Shown here: one piece after another, positions 39,839 through 47,127 of the stretch | Layout: each line of letters begins with the position of its first letter | Position numbering within the stretch: position 1 is the stretch's first letter | Source of the DNA: Sphingomonadaceae bacterium | Lineage (GTDB): Bacteria > Pseudomonadota > Alphaproteobacteria > Sphingomonadales > Sphingomonadaceae | NCBI GenBank assembly: GCA_029268145.1 | Contig: JAJUHA010000010.1 | Coordinates: forward strand, 2,055 to 66,054 | Length of the DNA stretch: 64,000 nucleotides | Direction: 5' to 3' | Position numbers and translations under genes: made by a program | The notes under the pieces: model-generated | Seen by the model: the letters and a program-made list of their open reading frames with translations, nothing else | Database searches by the model: none | Told to the model about the DNA's origin: nothing

Positions 39839-40372
39839 TCAGTTGAGGCGCAGCCGGCGCCAGGGCGCCAGCAGCTGACGCACCGCCCCGGGCAGCCCCG
39901 CATCCTCGGCGGCGTCGCGGTGGGCGTGCAGATGTCCGGCCGCGCGCATCACCGCCAGCCGCAGCTCCTCGGGAAGCCCGTTCCAGTCCGCCGCCATGCC
40001 GGCGCGGTAGGTGACGCGCACTTCGCCCTCCACGCCGCGCAGCAGCTGGATCTCGGCCGCGCCGTCGCGCCGCTGCACCAGCCGCCAGTCGGCCTCGGCC
40101 AGCGGCGCCGGCTCCCCGCCCGGCGGCGTCAGGGTCACCGCGCTCACGGCCGCCACCGGCCCGGCCGTCAGCCGCAGCGTCTCGCCCGGGTCGGCGAACC
40201 GCTCGGTTGCGGTCCGCTCGAGGAGAAGCCGGCCCAGCCAGGTCTCGACCTGGCTCGCCGCGGCGCGGATGAGCCCGGCAAGAAGCGCATCCTCGGCGTC
40301 GGTCTCGATCCGAAGATAGGTCCGCAGTTCCACGATCGGCACCGGCAGGACCGCCGTCTCCAGCGTCAGCAT
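39839..40372 (-). CDS. GTA g6-like head-tail connector (phage gp6-like)
   Basis: 177 aa from ATG 40372 (MLTLETAVLPVPIVELRTYLRIETDAEDALLAGLIRAA...). This is only the C-terminal part of track ORF 39839-43162. The start overlaps the upstream stop (TGATG). Confidence 0.8.
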   Translation of the reverse strand: MLTLETAVLPVPIVELRTYLRIETDAEDALLAGLIRAAASQVETWLGRLLLERTATERFADPGETLRLTAGPVAAVSAVTLTPPGGEPAPLAEADWRLVQRRDGAAEIQLLRGVEGEVRVTYRAGMAADWNGLPEELRLAVMRAAGHLHAHRDAAEDAGLPGAVRQLLAPWRRLRLN

Positions 40373-40647
40373 CAGCGTTGCTCCACCCGGAAGACGAGCG
40401 AACGCTCGTCGATCTGGCCATCGGAAAGGGTGATCCGGTTGCGGACGGCATAGACGCGCCCCGCCGTCCCGCCGGACAGCCAGACGACCGTCTCGGCCCC
40501 GTCGATCGCCGATGTCTCGATGGCCGGGGCGCCCGCGCCCTCCGGCTCGACCGACCAGCTGCTGGCCACCAGCACGAGCCCGCCGGCCAGCCGCTCGGAC
40601 CAGTCGAAGCGATAGTCCAGCCGGGCGTCCGGATCCTTCAGGAACAT
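40372..40647 (-). CDS. small phage-like protein (possible fibre/tail adaptor-like), inserted module gene 3
   Basis: 91 aa from ATG 40647, preceded by GGGAGAG (the track starts at GTG 40662). MFLKDPDARLDYRFDWS...VWLSGGTAGRVYAVRNRITLSDG...ERSL. Confidence 0.6.
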   Translation of the reverse strand: MFLKDPDARLDYRFDWSERLAGGLVLVASSWSVEPEGAGAPAIETSAIDGAETVVWLSGGTAGRVYAVRNRITLSDGQIDERSLVFRVEQR

Positions 40648-40683
40648 CTCGGTCTCTCCCACTTCGAAAGGCGCCGGCAGCGG

Positions 40684-41052
40684 TCAGACCGGGTCGCCGA
40701 TCTCGACGCTCCAGCTCGCGATGCTGACGGTCCCGCCGGGCACCAGCGCCTGGTCCGGGCAGGTCGTGACATAGAGGAGCGCGGAGTTCGCCGCCGACAG
40801 CAGCGCGACGTGCGAGGCGGTGCCGGCCGCCAGAACCGCAAGCCCGCTCTTTGCGGCAACCGCCACCTTCCGGCCCGAGACGTCGCCGGGCCCGATGGAG
40901 AAGTCCGCCGGCGCGACCGTCGCCTCGGCCAGCCGTCCGGCCATCGCCTCGGCATAGGTCGCCGGCTGGGCGGCCAGCGCCACAATGCGGTCGGCCGATG
41001 CCACCACGGCAAGCGCGGCATCGAGAACGGTCGGGGAAACCCACTTGGCCAT
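40684..41052 (-). CDS. hypothetical protein, inserted module gene 2
   Basis: 122 aa; ATG 41052 is preceded by GGAGAGGA. No family recognised. Confidence 0.6.
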   Translation of the reverse strand: MAKWVSPTVLDAALAVVASADRIVALAAQPATYAEAMAGRLAEATVAPADFSIGPGDVSGRKVAVAAKSGLAVLAAGTASHVALLSAANSALLYVTTCPDQALVPGGTVSIASWSVEIGDPV

Positions 41053-41073
41053 GATGTCCTCTCCATGCTTGGG

Positions 41074-41094
41074 CCGGCGCCGCAGGGGCGCCGG
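41074..41094 (-). terminator. GC hairpin CCGGCGCC-gcagg-GGCGCCGG immediately after the 957-aa gene
   Basis: 8-bp perfect stem read from the sequence. No U-tract. Confidence 0.35.
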
Positions 41095-41109
41095 GTCGGG
41101 CGCGGCGTC

Positions 41110-43983
41110 TCAGTCCAGCGGCGGCCGCGCCCGGCGCTCCTCCGCCGGCACGCGGCGGGTCCGGGGAGCTGCCCCGGTCGGGCTCCCGCCGGGCGTGAAC
41201 CCCAGGGCGGCGGCAAGGCCGCGCACGGCCTGCCGCGCGGCATCCGCCACCACCGAGAGCAGCAGCCCCACGCCGGCGGCGCCTGCACCATGGGCATGGC
41301 GGGCCCCCGCCGGGTCGAGCATGGCCGCCGGCGGCGCAACCGGCTCGCCCTCGAGCGCGCCTGCCGCCCAGCTCGCGCCGGTCCTCAGGTTGCCGGCCAG
41401 GTCGGCGTCGATCTGGGCCGTGGTCGCGCGATCGAGCAGCGGGCTCCCCGCCATGGGCCGATAGTTGCCGAAGCCGGCACCGCCGTCCGCCACTGCGGCA
41501 GGCGCAGTGAAGCCGGGCCAGGCGATGCCCTCTGGCGTCGGAGTGCCGAGGTTCGGGTAGGGCGAGACGATGGACCTCAGACCCCAGTTCTCCGGCACGC
41601 AGCCGTTGAGCGAGCCGATGTAGGTCCGCCAGCCCTCGACATTGCCCTCGTTGAGGTGGCCGAAGTAGATCTGCCAGCCCTGCACCTGGTGGCCGCGATA
41701 GCCCCGGGTCGAGGCCGGTTCGCCCATCGCGGCCCGCGCCGTCGAAGTGTTCGAATCGAACATGGCCTCGTGCTTCGAGACCAGCTTGTCGAAATAGTTG
41801 TTGGCCACCCGGCAGTGCGCGTAGCTGTTGAACCGCGTGAAGCTGCCCGCCTGGTCGATCGGGTTCGGCTGGTTGTAGCAGTGGTTCGCCCGGTCGCCGA
41901 CGATGGTGTTGTGCTCGATGATGAGGCCGCGCACGTCGAGCTCGGGGTTGTTGATCTCGCCAATGGCATAGGCCGGAGCCGAGCCGCCGCCCGACTTCTC
42001 CAGGATGTTCCCGATGACATTCTGCCGAACGATCTTCAGCCGCCCGTCTGCCGCCGCCGTGTAGGTCACGGGGAAGAAGGCCCAGCCGGATACGGCATGC
42101 GTCCCCCGGCAGTCGTTGAACCACCAGTGGATGTCGTGGCGGCTCTCCTCGGTCGAGCCCGCAGGGATCGCGGGGTTGCCAAGCGGAAGCAGGGTCGTCC
42201 CTGCGCCCGTCTTGACGCAGTTGACCACCGTCGGGCTCGCGAAGCCCTTGCGGCTCCGCACCGACCGCAGCAGCAGGGCGGCGCCGGATGCGCTGTGCCA
42301 CCCGGTCGAGACGAGATCCTCCTCGATGTTGGTCGCGAAGATCCGCATCGTGCTGGCCGCCGGCGGTGACGAGCCGAACCCGGAAAGCGGGCTCCCGGGG
42401 TTGTCGTCCTCGATGCGGACCCCCTGGTCGAACCAGAGGATCCCGGAGCTCCCGGCGACCGGGAAGGCGACGGCGCGCATCCGGAAGCGGATTCCCGACA
42501 TCCGCACGCGCCACGCGCCGCCGAAACTGTGCGAGCCCGAGGCCGCGCCGACGAGATGGGTGCGGTCGATGCCCTCGCCCCGCACGTTGAGATAGGTTTC
42601 GGTCGAGGTCGCCCCCGAAAGGACGGAGAGCGTGCTCCAGGCATGCGCCACGGGCGTCGCCCCGCCCAGCAGGAAGATCTCGAACCCGTCGTGCGCGCTG
42701 GTCTTGGTCGCGGTGAAGCCATTGGCATTGTCGAGCCCGCGCGCCAGCCGGGTCAGCATCGCGCCGGCCACGGTCAGGTTGGCGCAGCGGTCGGCAACCG
42801 GCACCGCCAGCGCCCTGGCGCGCGCCTCCTCGGGGGTGTTGCCAAGGCCCACCACCTGCTCGGCGACGTTCCGCGACGGGGCGAAGCTGTTGTCGGTCCG
42901 CCCGCCCGCCGGGTCCACCACCACGCAGGCGTAGCGGTAATAGGTCGAGGGCGCATGCCCGAGCGGGTTGGTGCCACCGCCCGGGTTCGCCTGCGTCGTG
43001 TAGCCGTAGCGCGCCCCCGTCCGGTCGAGCGCCAGCATGAGCGGCTGCTCGGCCTCGATGCGGACCGACTGCTGCCCGGCATTGGCGCCCGGGTGCAGCA
43101 GCGCGGGCGAGGCCGTGGCCGGGTCGTTCGCGCTGCTGGTGTGGCGCGGCGCCCCGAACCACGGATAGACAGTCGCGTGCAGCGCGATGAGCCCGTCGGT
43201 CAGATAGGTCCCCGGCGCGCCCTCCACCTCGAAGCTGACGCTGCCCGTCCAGCAGCGCACGCTGTCGCCGTAGCGGGTCGAGGTGCCGATGGAGAGCCAG
43301 GATGCCACCGAGCGATTGGTGCCGTCGGTCGCGATGATGCGGATGCCCGCCACGCCCGAGGCGCCCTCGGGAAGCACATGGGAAGCCAGCATGTCCACCG
43401 TGGTGCTGTTCGCAGGCGCGCCCGGCGTGCCGCGGATGGCCTCGTAGGGCACGGTGATCCAGCGGAACGACGGCACTTCCAGCGCCACGGCCGAACTGTT
43501 GGTCGCGCTCACCACCTGGTCGGCGGCGGCGTCGGGCCGCCAGCCCGCCCTGAACAGCACGGTGACCGTCTCGCCCGGCGCCACCGGCTTGTGTAGCATC
43601 AGGCGGATGCTGCGCTGGCCGCCGCCCTCGTCCACTTCGCCGAGCGGGCGGTTGAGCGGCCGGAAGGTCGGCGCATCAGCAAAGGGGCCGGGCTGGAGCG
43701 AGGTCGGCTGGCCCGGCGCCCAGTCCGGGTAGCGGTCGGGGCGCACCTCGTGCGCCACCACCTCACGCGAGCGGGAAGCCCCGACAGCCTGCGCGCCCGA
43801 GCGGCTGAAGCCCGGGCCCGACACCGTCGCCACCACCCGCGCGCCCGCCTCGGTCTGGGTCTCCGGGCCGCCGGCACCGGCGAACAGGGCGAAGTCGGCC
43901 CGCACCGAGGGCGCGGCAGCAGCGTAGGTGACCCTGAGCGTCCAGCCGTCCGCCTCCACCACCGCTGCTGAGACGACCGTCAT
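41110..43983 (-). CDS. 957-aa right-handed parallel beta-helix (spike/depolymerase-like) protein, inserted module gene 1
   Basis: ATG 43983 starts a long ORF on the cluster strand. Beta-helix-like rungs (IIEHNTIVGDRANHCYN, CRVANNYFD). The family-typical C-terminal motif YRPMAGSPLLDRATTAQIDADLAGNLR...AAGALE is followed by an Ala/Gly-rich tail. Confidence 0.7.
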   Translation of the reverse strand: MTVVSAAVVEADGWTLRVTYAAAAPSVRADFALFAGAGGPETQTEAGARVVATVSGPGFSRSGAQAVGASRSREVVAHEVRPDRYPDWAPGQPTSLQPGPFADAPTFRPLNRPLGEVDEGGGQRSIRLMLHKPVAPGETVTVLFRAGWRPDAAADQVVSATNSSAVALEVPSFRWITVPYEAIRGTPGAPANSTTVDMLASHVLPEGASGVAGIRIIATDGTNRSVASWLSIGTSTRYGDSVRCWTGSVSFEVEGAPGTYLTDGLIALHATVYPWFGAPRHTSSANDPATASPALLHPGANAGQQSVRIEAEQPLMLALDRTGARYGYTTQANPGGGTNPLGHAPSTYYRYACVVVDPAGGRTDNSFAPSRNVAEQVVGLGNTPEEARARALAVPVADRCANLTVAGAMLTRLARGLDNANGFTATKTSAHDGFEIFLLGGATPVAHAWSTLSVLSGATSTETYLNVRGEGIDRTHLVGAASGSHSFGGAWRVRMSGIRFRMRAVAFPVAGSSGILWFDQGVRIEDDNPGSPLSGFGSSPPAASTMRIFATNIEEDLVSTGWHSASGAALLLRSVRSRKGFASPTVVNCVKTGAGTTLLPLGNPAIPAGSTEESRHDIHWWFNDCRGTHAVSGWAFFPVTYTAAADGRLKIVRQNVIGNILEKSGGGSAPAYAIGEINNPELDVRGLIIEHNTIVGDRANHCYNQPNPIDQAGSFTRFNSYAHCRVANNYFDKLVSKHEAMFDSNTSTARAAMGEPASTRGYRGHQVQGWQIYFGHLNEGNVEGWRTYIGSLNGCVPENWGLRSIVSPYPNLGTPTPEGIAWPGFTAPAAVADGGAGFGNYRPMAGSPLLDRATTAQIDADLAGNLRTGASWAAGALEGEPVAPPAAMLDPAGARHAHGAGAAGVGLLLSVVADAARQAVRGLAAALGFTPGGSPTGAAPRTRRVPAEERRARPPLD

Positions 43984-44008
43984 GGGGACATCCTGTCGAA
44001 GGAGGGGC

Positions 44009-44035
44009 GGGGGCCACCGCGGCGCGGTGGCCCCC
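44009..44035 (-). terminator. 27-nt near-perfect palindrome (13-bp arms) just downstream of the capsid gene
   Basis: GGGGGCCACCGCG-g-CGCGGTGGCCCCC read at 44009-44035. Lies between the capsid stop (44062) and the next start (43983). No U-tract. Confidence 0.45.
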
Positions 44036-44061
44036 CGGAGTGCGGGTGCAGCAAGGCCTGC

Positions 44062-45234
44062 TCAGCTTGCCGAGAAGCGCATCAGCTTGATCGCCTCGCT
44101 GTTCACCAGCGCCCCGCCCACGCGCCGCGTCGCGTAGAAGTGGACGAACGGCTTGTTCGAGAAGGGGTCGCGCAGCACTGCGGTCTCGGTCCGCTCGGCG
44201 ATCGTGTAGGCCGAGCCGAACTGGCCGAAGGCGATCGCCAGCGCGTTGGCGGCAATGTCGGGCATCGCGTCGGCCTCAATCACCGGGTAGCCGAGCAGCG
44301 TCGCCGGCTGGTCGGCGGCAAGCGCCGGCTGCCAGATGAACTGGCCGGCCGAGTCCTTGAACTTGCGGATGACAGACAGCGTGTTGCTGTTCATCACCCA
44401 CACCGCGCCCTGGCGATAGGGGGTGCGCAGCGCATGGACGAGGTCGATCAGCCGGTCGGCGGGGTTCGCCGCCGGGAAGGCGCCCGCCGCCCCCGAGGGC
44501 AGATACTGCACCGTCCCGAACGGCCGGGCCTGGTCGGCGGTGGTCGCGACCGGATAGGTCAGGAAGCCCTTGGGCTGGTCGGTCCCGCTCCCGGTCACGA
44601 AGGCGATGCTCTCGGCCCGGGCGAAGTCGAGCGCGATCTCGTTGGCCAGCCAGGTCTCGATGTCGAACATCGCATCGTCGAGCATCGCCTGGGTCGCGGC
44701 CGGGTTGGCATAGAGTTCGCCCATCGGGATCGCGACTTCCTGGAAGGTCGGAGTCCCCGTCTCCGGCCGCCCCGCCGCCTCGCTCACCCAGCCGCTGGCG
44801 AAGCCGCCCGTCGAAACCAGACGGCGATAGCTGCTGCTCCCCACCTTCACCACATTGGCAACCGTCCGGATGGGGGAGATCGACCGCAGGGTCGATTCGA
44901 TCAGCTGGTCGAGCTCGCGCGGCACGGCGACGCCGCCGTCGCCGGGCACCGTGCCCTGGAAGCGCTTCAGCTCGAAGCCGCCCTCGATCCCCTTGCGCAG
45001 ATACAGGTCGGCGAAGGCCGCGCGCTCCCCGTCGCGGGCGGCTGCCGCGCCGGCAAGCGCCGGGCGGGCCCGCTCCACCGCCTGGCGCCGCAGGGCCGCC
45101 AGCTCGGACTTGATCGCCTCGACCGAGGCCCGCATCGTCGCCAGCTCGGCCGGGTCGGTCTCGCTCGTCACATAGGCAGGCGCGCTCGCCATGTCCGCCG
45201 GCGCAACCGCGTCGGCCTTGGTCTCGTAGGTCAT
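44062..45234 (-). CDS. GTA g5-like major capsid protein (HK97 fold)
   Basis: 390 aa from ATG 45234 (MTYETKADA...). N-terminal coiled delta-like region, then VPRELDQLIESTLRSISPIR, FQEVAIPMGELYA and PYRQGAVWVMN, all typical of HK97-family capsids. Confidence 0.9.
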   Translation of the reverse strand: MTYETKADAVAPADMASAPAYVTSETDPAELATMRASVEAIKSELAALRRQAVERARPALAGAAAARDGERAAFADLYLRKGIEGGFELKRFQGTVPGDGGVAVPRELDQLIESTLRSISPIRTVANVVKVGSSSYRRLVSTGGFASGWVSEAAGRPETGTPTFQEVAIPMGELYANPAATQAMLDDAMFDIETWLANEIALDFARAESIAFVTGSGTDQPKGFLTYPVATTADQARPFGTVQYLPSGAAGAFPAANPADRLIDLVHALRTPYRQGAVWVMNSNTLSVIRKFKDSAGQFIWQPALAADQPATLLGYPVIEADAMPDIAANALAIAFGQFGSAYTIAERTETAVLRDPFSNKPFVHFYATRRVGGALVNSEAIKLMRFSAS

Positions 45235-45259
45235 CGCTTCGTCTCCATGCTGCAGGGAA

Positions 45260-45275
45260 GGGGGCGCGCGCCCCC
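45260..45275 (-). promoter_or_regulatory. perfect 16-bp GC palindrome GGGGGCGCGCGCCCCC between protease and capsid genes
   Basis: Read directly in the 55-nt g4-g5 spacer. Confidence 0.35.
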
Positions 45276-45289
45276 GGGTGCCACCGCCC

Positions 45290-45694
45290 TCAGGGCAGGA
45301 TGGCGGTGACACGCGCGTGCGCGTGCATCGGCAGGGTCACCACCGAACATTCGAGAAGCTCGAGCTTCAGGAGCTCGCGCCCGCCGCCCGGAACCGGGCG
45401 GGCCTGCTTCACCCGGTAGCCGAACGAGAGCCCGTCCACCGCGCCGGCGCGCAGAAGCGCCAGCGCATCGCGGCCGTCGCGGCAATCCGGGCTGATCCGC
45501 GCCTCCATCCGGAGGCCCGCGGCATCCTCGACCAGGCTCAGCACCCGGCCGATCGGCCGCTCCACGTCATGCTGCCACAGGAGGGGCACGTCGGCCCGGC
45601 TGCCGGCGAAGGCGCCGCGGCGCACCAGGTCGCCCGACCGGTCGGGCGTGTCGAACCGGCTCACGTAGCCGCGCACCAGCACGCCGTCGCTCAT
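45290..45694 (-). CDS. GTA g4-like prohead protease (HK97/S78 family)
   Basis: 134 aa from ATG 45694, which overlaps the portal stop (ATGA). GYVSRFDTPDRSGDLVRRGAF...WQHD...GLSFGY...ECSVVTLP. Confidence 0.8.
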   Translation of the reverse strand: MSDGVLVRGYVSRFDTPDRSGDLVRRGAFAGSRADVPLLWQHDVERPIGRVLSLVEDAAGLRMEARISPDCRDGRDALALLRAGAVDGLSFGYRVKQARPVPGGGRELLKLELLECSVVTLPMHAHARVTAILP

Positions 45695-46824
45695 GCCGCC
45701 TCTCCGCCTGCCACGGCGCCCGCCCGCGGGCCCCAGCCGAGCAGCTCGCGCTTCTCGTCCACCGTCAGGAAGTCGGCCGCCGCCACGTGCCGCCACAGCG
45801 CCTCCCGGTCCGACCACAGCGCCGGGATGGCATCGAGGTCGGGCTCGATCCGCACCCCCGGCCACCAGCGGCCGAGATGGCGGGAGAAGCCCTCGGTGAT
45901 CCGGCCGAGCAGCGGCAGGACGGTCAGCCGCCACAGCGCGACATTGGCCTGGGCATAGTTGGCGTAGGTCGCGTCGCCCGGAAGCCCGAGCAGCATGGGC
46001 GGGACGCCGAACGCCAGCGCCACTTCCCGCGCCGCGGCCTCGCGGGCGCGGCCGAAGTCGAGCTCGGCCGGCGTCAGCGCCAGCGACTGCCACCTGAGCC
46101 CGCCCTCGAGCAGCATGGGCCGGCCGGCATTGACCGCGCCCTGGAAGGCGCTCTCCACCTCCTCGCGCAGCCGCTCGAACTGCTCGGCCGAAAGCGGCGC
46201 CCCGTCCTTCGTCTCGTGCACCAGCGCGCCCGAGGGCCGCGCCGCATTGGCGATGAGCGATCGGTTCCACCGCGCCGCCGCGTTGAGCAGCGCCACGGCG
46301 TCGGCGGCCGCGCACAGGCAGCCCTGGCCGAGATGGTCGTCGAGCGGGTTGACCAGCTTCAGGTGCAGCAGCGGCGGCCGCTCGCCATCCCACTCGGCGG
46401 GGAAGCGCTGGGTGCGGGTTCCGGCCCGGTGCAGGTAGGCGCGGGGCCAGCCGTCCGCGTCGAGCTCGATCTGGACCCGCTCGGGGCGGAGCGCCCAGGC
46501 CTCGGCGGGCTGGCCGAGATGGTCAAGCCCGAGGCCCACATAGGCATTGCCGTGGAGCAGCAGATGGGTGGCGATCGTCTCCCTGAGGCCGGGCGTCAGC
46601 AGCGCGGCGGCCGGATGCTCGCGCCCCGCCACCAGGAGCGGGGCGTGGCCCAGGCTCTCCGCCACCAGCCGCACGGCGCGCTGGGCGATCGCGTTGCGGC
46701 CATAGGCCTCGTCCACCCGCGCCTCGTAGGAGGCCGGCGGCTCGGTCGCGCCGCTGCGCAGCCCGGCGGCGGCCGGGCGCGGCAGGCCCATCGCCTTCCT
46801 GGCCATGAAGGGCCAGCGCATCAC
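45691..46824 (-). CDS. GTA g3-like portal protein (HK97 family)
   Basis: About 377 aa; GTG 46824 or ATG 46821. YGRNAIAQRAVRLVAES, LLHGNAYV and the later REVALAFGVPPMLLG are typical portal motifs. Confidence 0.9.
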   Translation of the reverse strand: MMRWPFMARKAMGLPRPAAAGLRSGATEPPASYEARVDEAYGRNAIAQRAVRLVAESLGHAPLLVAGREHPAAALLTPGLRETIATHLLLHGNAYVGLGLDHLGQPAEAWALRPERVQIELDADGWPRAYLHRAGTRTQRFPAEWDGERPPLLHLKLVNPLDDHLGQGCLCAAADAVALLNAAARWNRSLIANAARPSGALVHETKDGAPLSAEQFERLREEVESAFQGAVNAGRPMLLEGGLRWQSLALTPAELDFGRAREAAAREVALAFGVPPMLLGLPGDATYANYAQANVALWRLTVLPLLGRITEGFSRHLGRWWPGVRIEPDLDAIPALWSDREALWRHVAAADFLTVDEKRELLGWGPRAGAVAGGEAA

Positions 46825-47021
46825 CGCTGCTCCGGCCTGGCCGGCGGAGCAGGCGTGGGCCCGGTCGCGATCAGGCCACCGCCCACGATGAAGGAAATGG
46901 CCTGGGCAAGGCTCATCGCCTGCATCGGGTCGCTTCCCACCGCCACCGCGATCATGGCGAGCCCCACCCAGGTCGAGCTCTCGCGCGCCCGCTGGCGCAG
47001 CCAGCAGAGAAATCGTGCCAT
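46821..47021 (-). CDS. small 2-TM membrane protein between terminase and portal genes
   Basis: 66 aa; ATG 47021 is preceded by AAGGA. Two hydrophobic segments (TWVGLAMIAVAVG, AISFIVGGGLIATG) and a charged C-terminus. The stop overlaps the portal start. Confidence 0.5.
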   Translation of the reverse strand: MARFLCWLRQRARESSTWVGLAMIAVAVGSDPMQAMSLAQAISFIVGGGLIATGPTPAPPARPEQR

Positions 47022-47041
47022 GGCCTGTCCTTCGCTTGGCT

Positions 47042-47118
47042 GCGGCGCCGGCCGGCGCCGCCTCGAATTGGCTCGTCGGCGCCCGGGGGCGCCGTTTCCC
47101 GGCCGCTTCCCCGGCCGG
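47042..47118 (-). promoter_or_regulatory. three consecutive GC hairpins/palindromes in the terminase-to-small-ORF spacer
   Basis: 47042-47061 is the perfect 20-bp palindrome GCGGCGCCGGCCGGCGCCGC. 47078-47093 is GGCGCCC-gg-GGGCGCC. 47099-47118 is CCGGCCG-cttccc-CGGCCGG. Confidence 0.45.
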
Positions 47119-47127
47119 TTGTCAGTG

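Noticed and set aside
39839-43162. Track ORF of 1107 aa spanning the g6 region and the antisense or alternative frame of the inserted module
   Set aside because: Only the last 177 codons (from ATG 40372) look like a real protein (gp6-like connector). The upstream part overlaps three better-supported ORFs in other frames and is Arg/Gly/Pro-rich.
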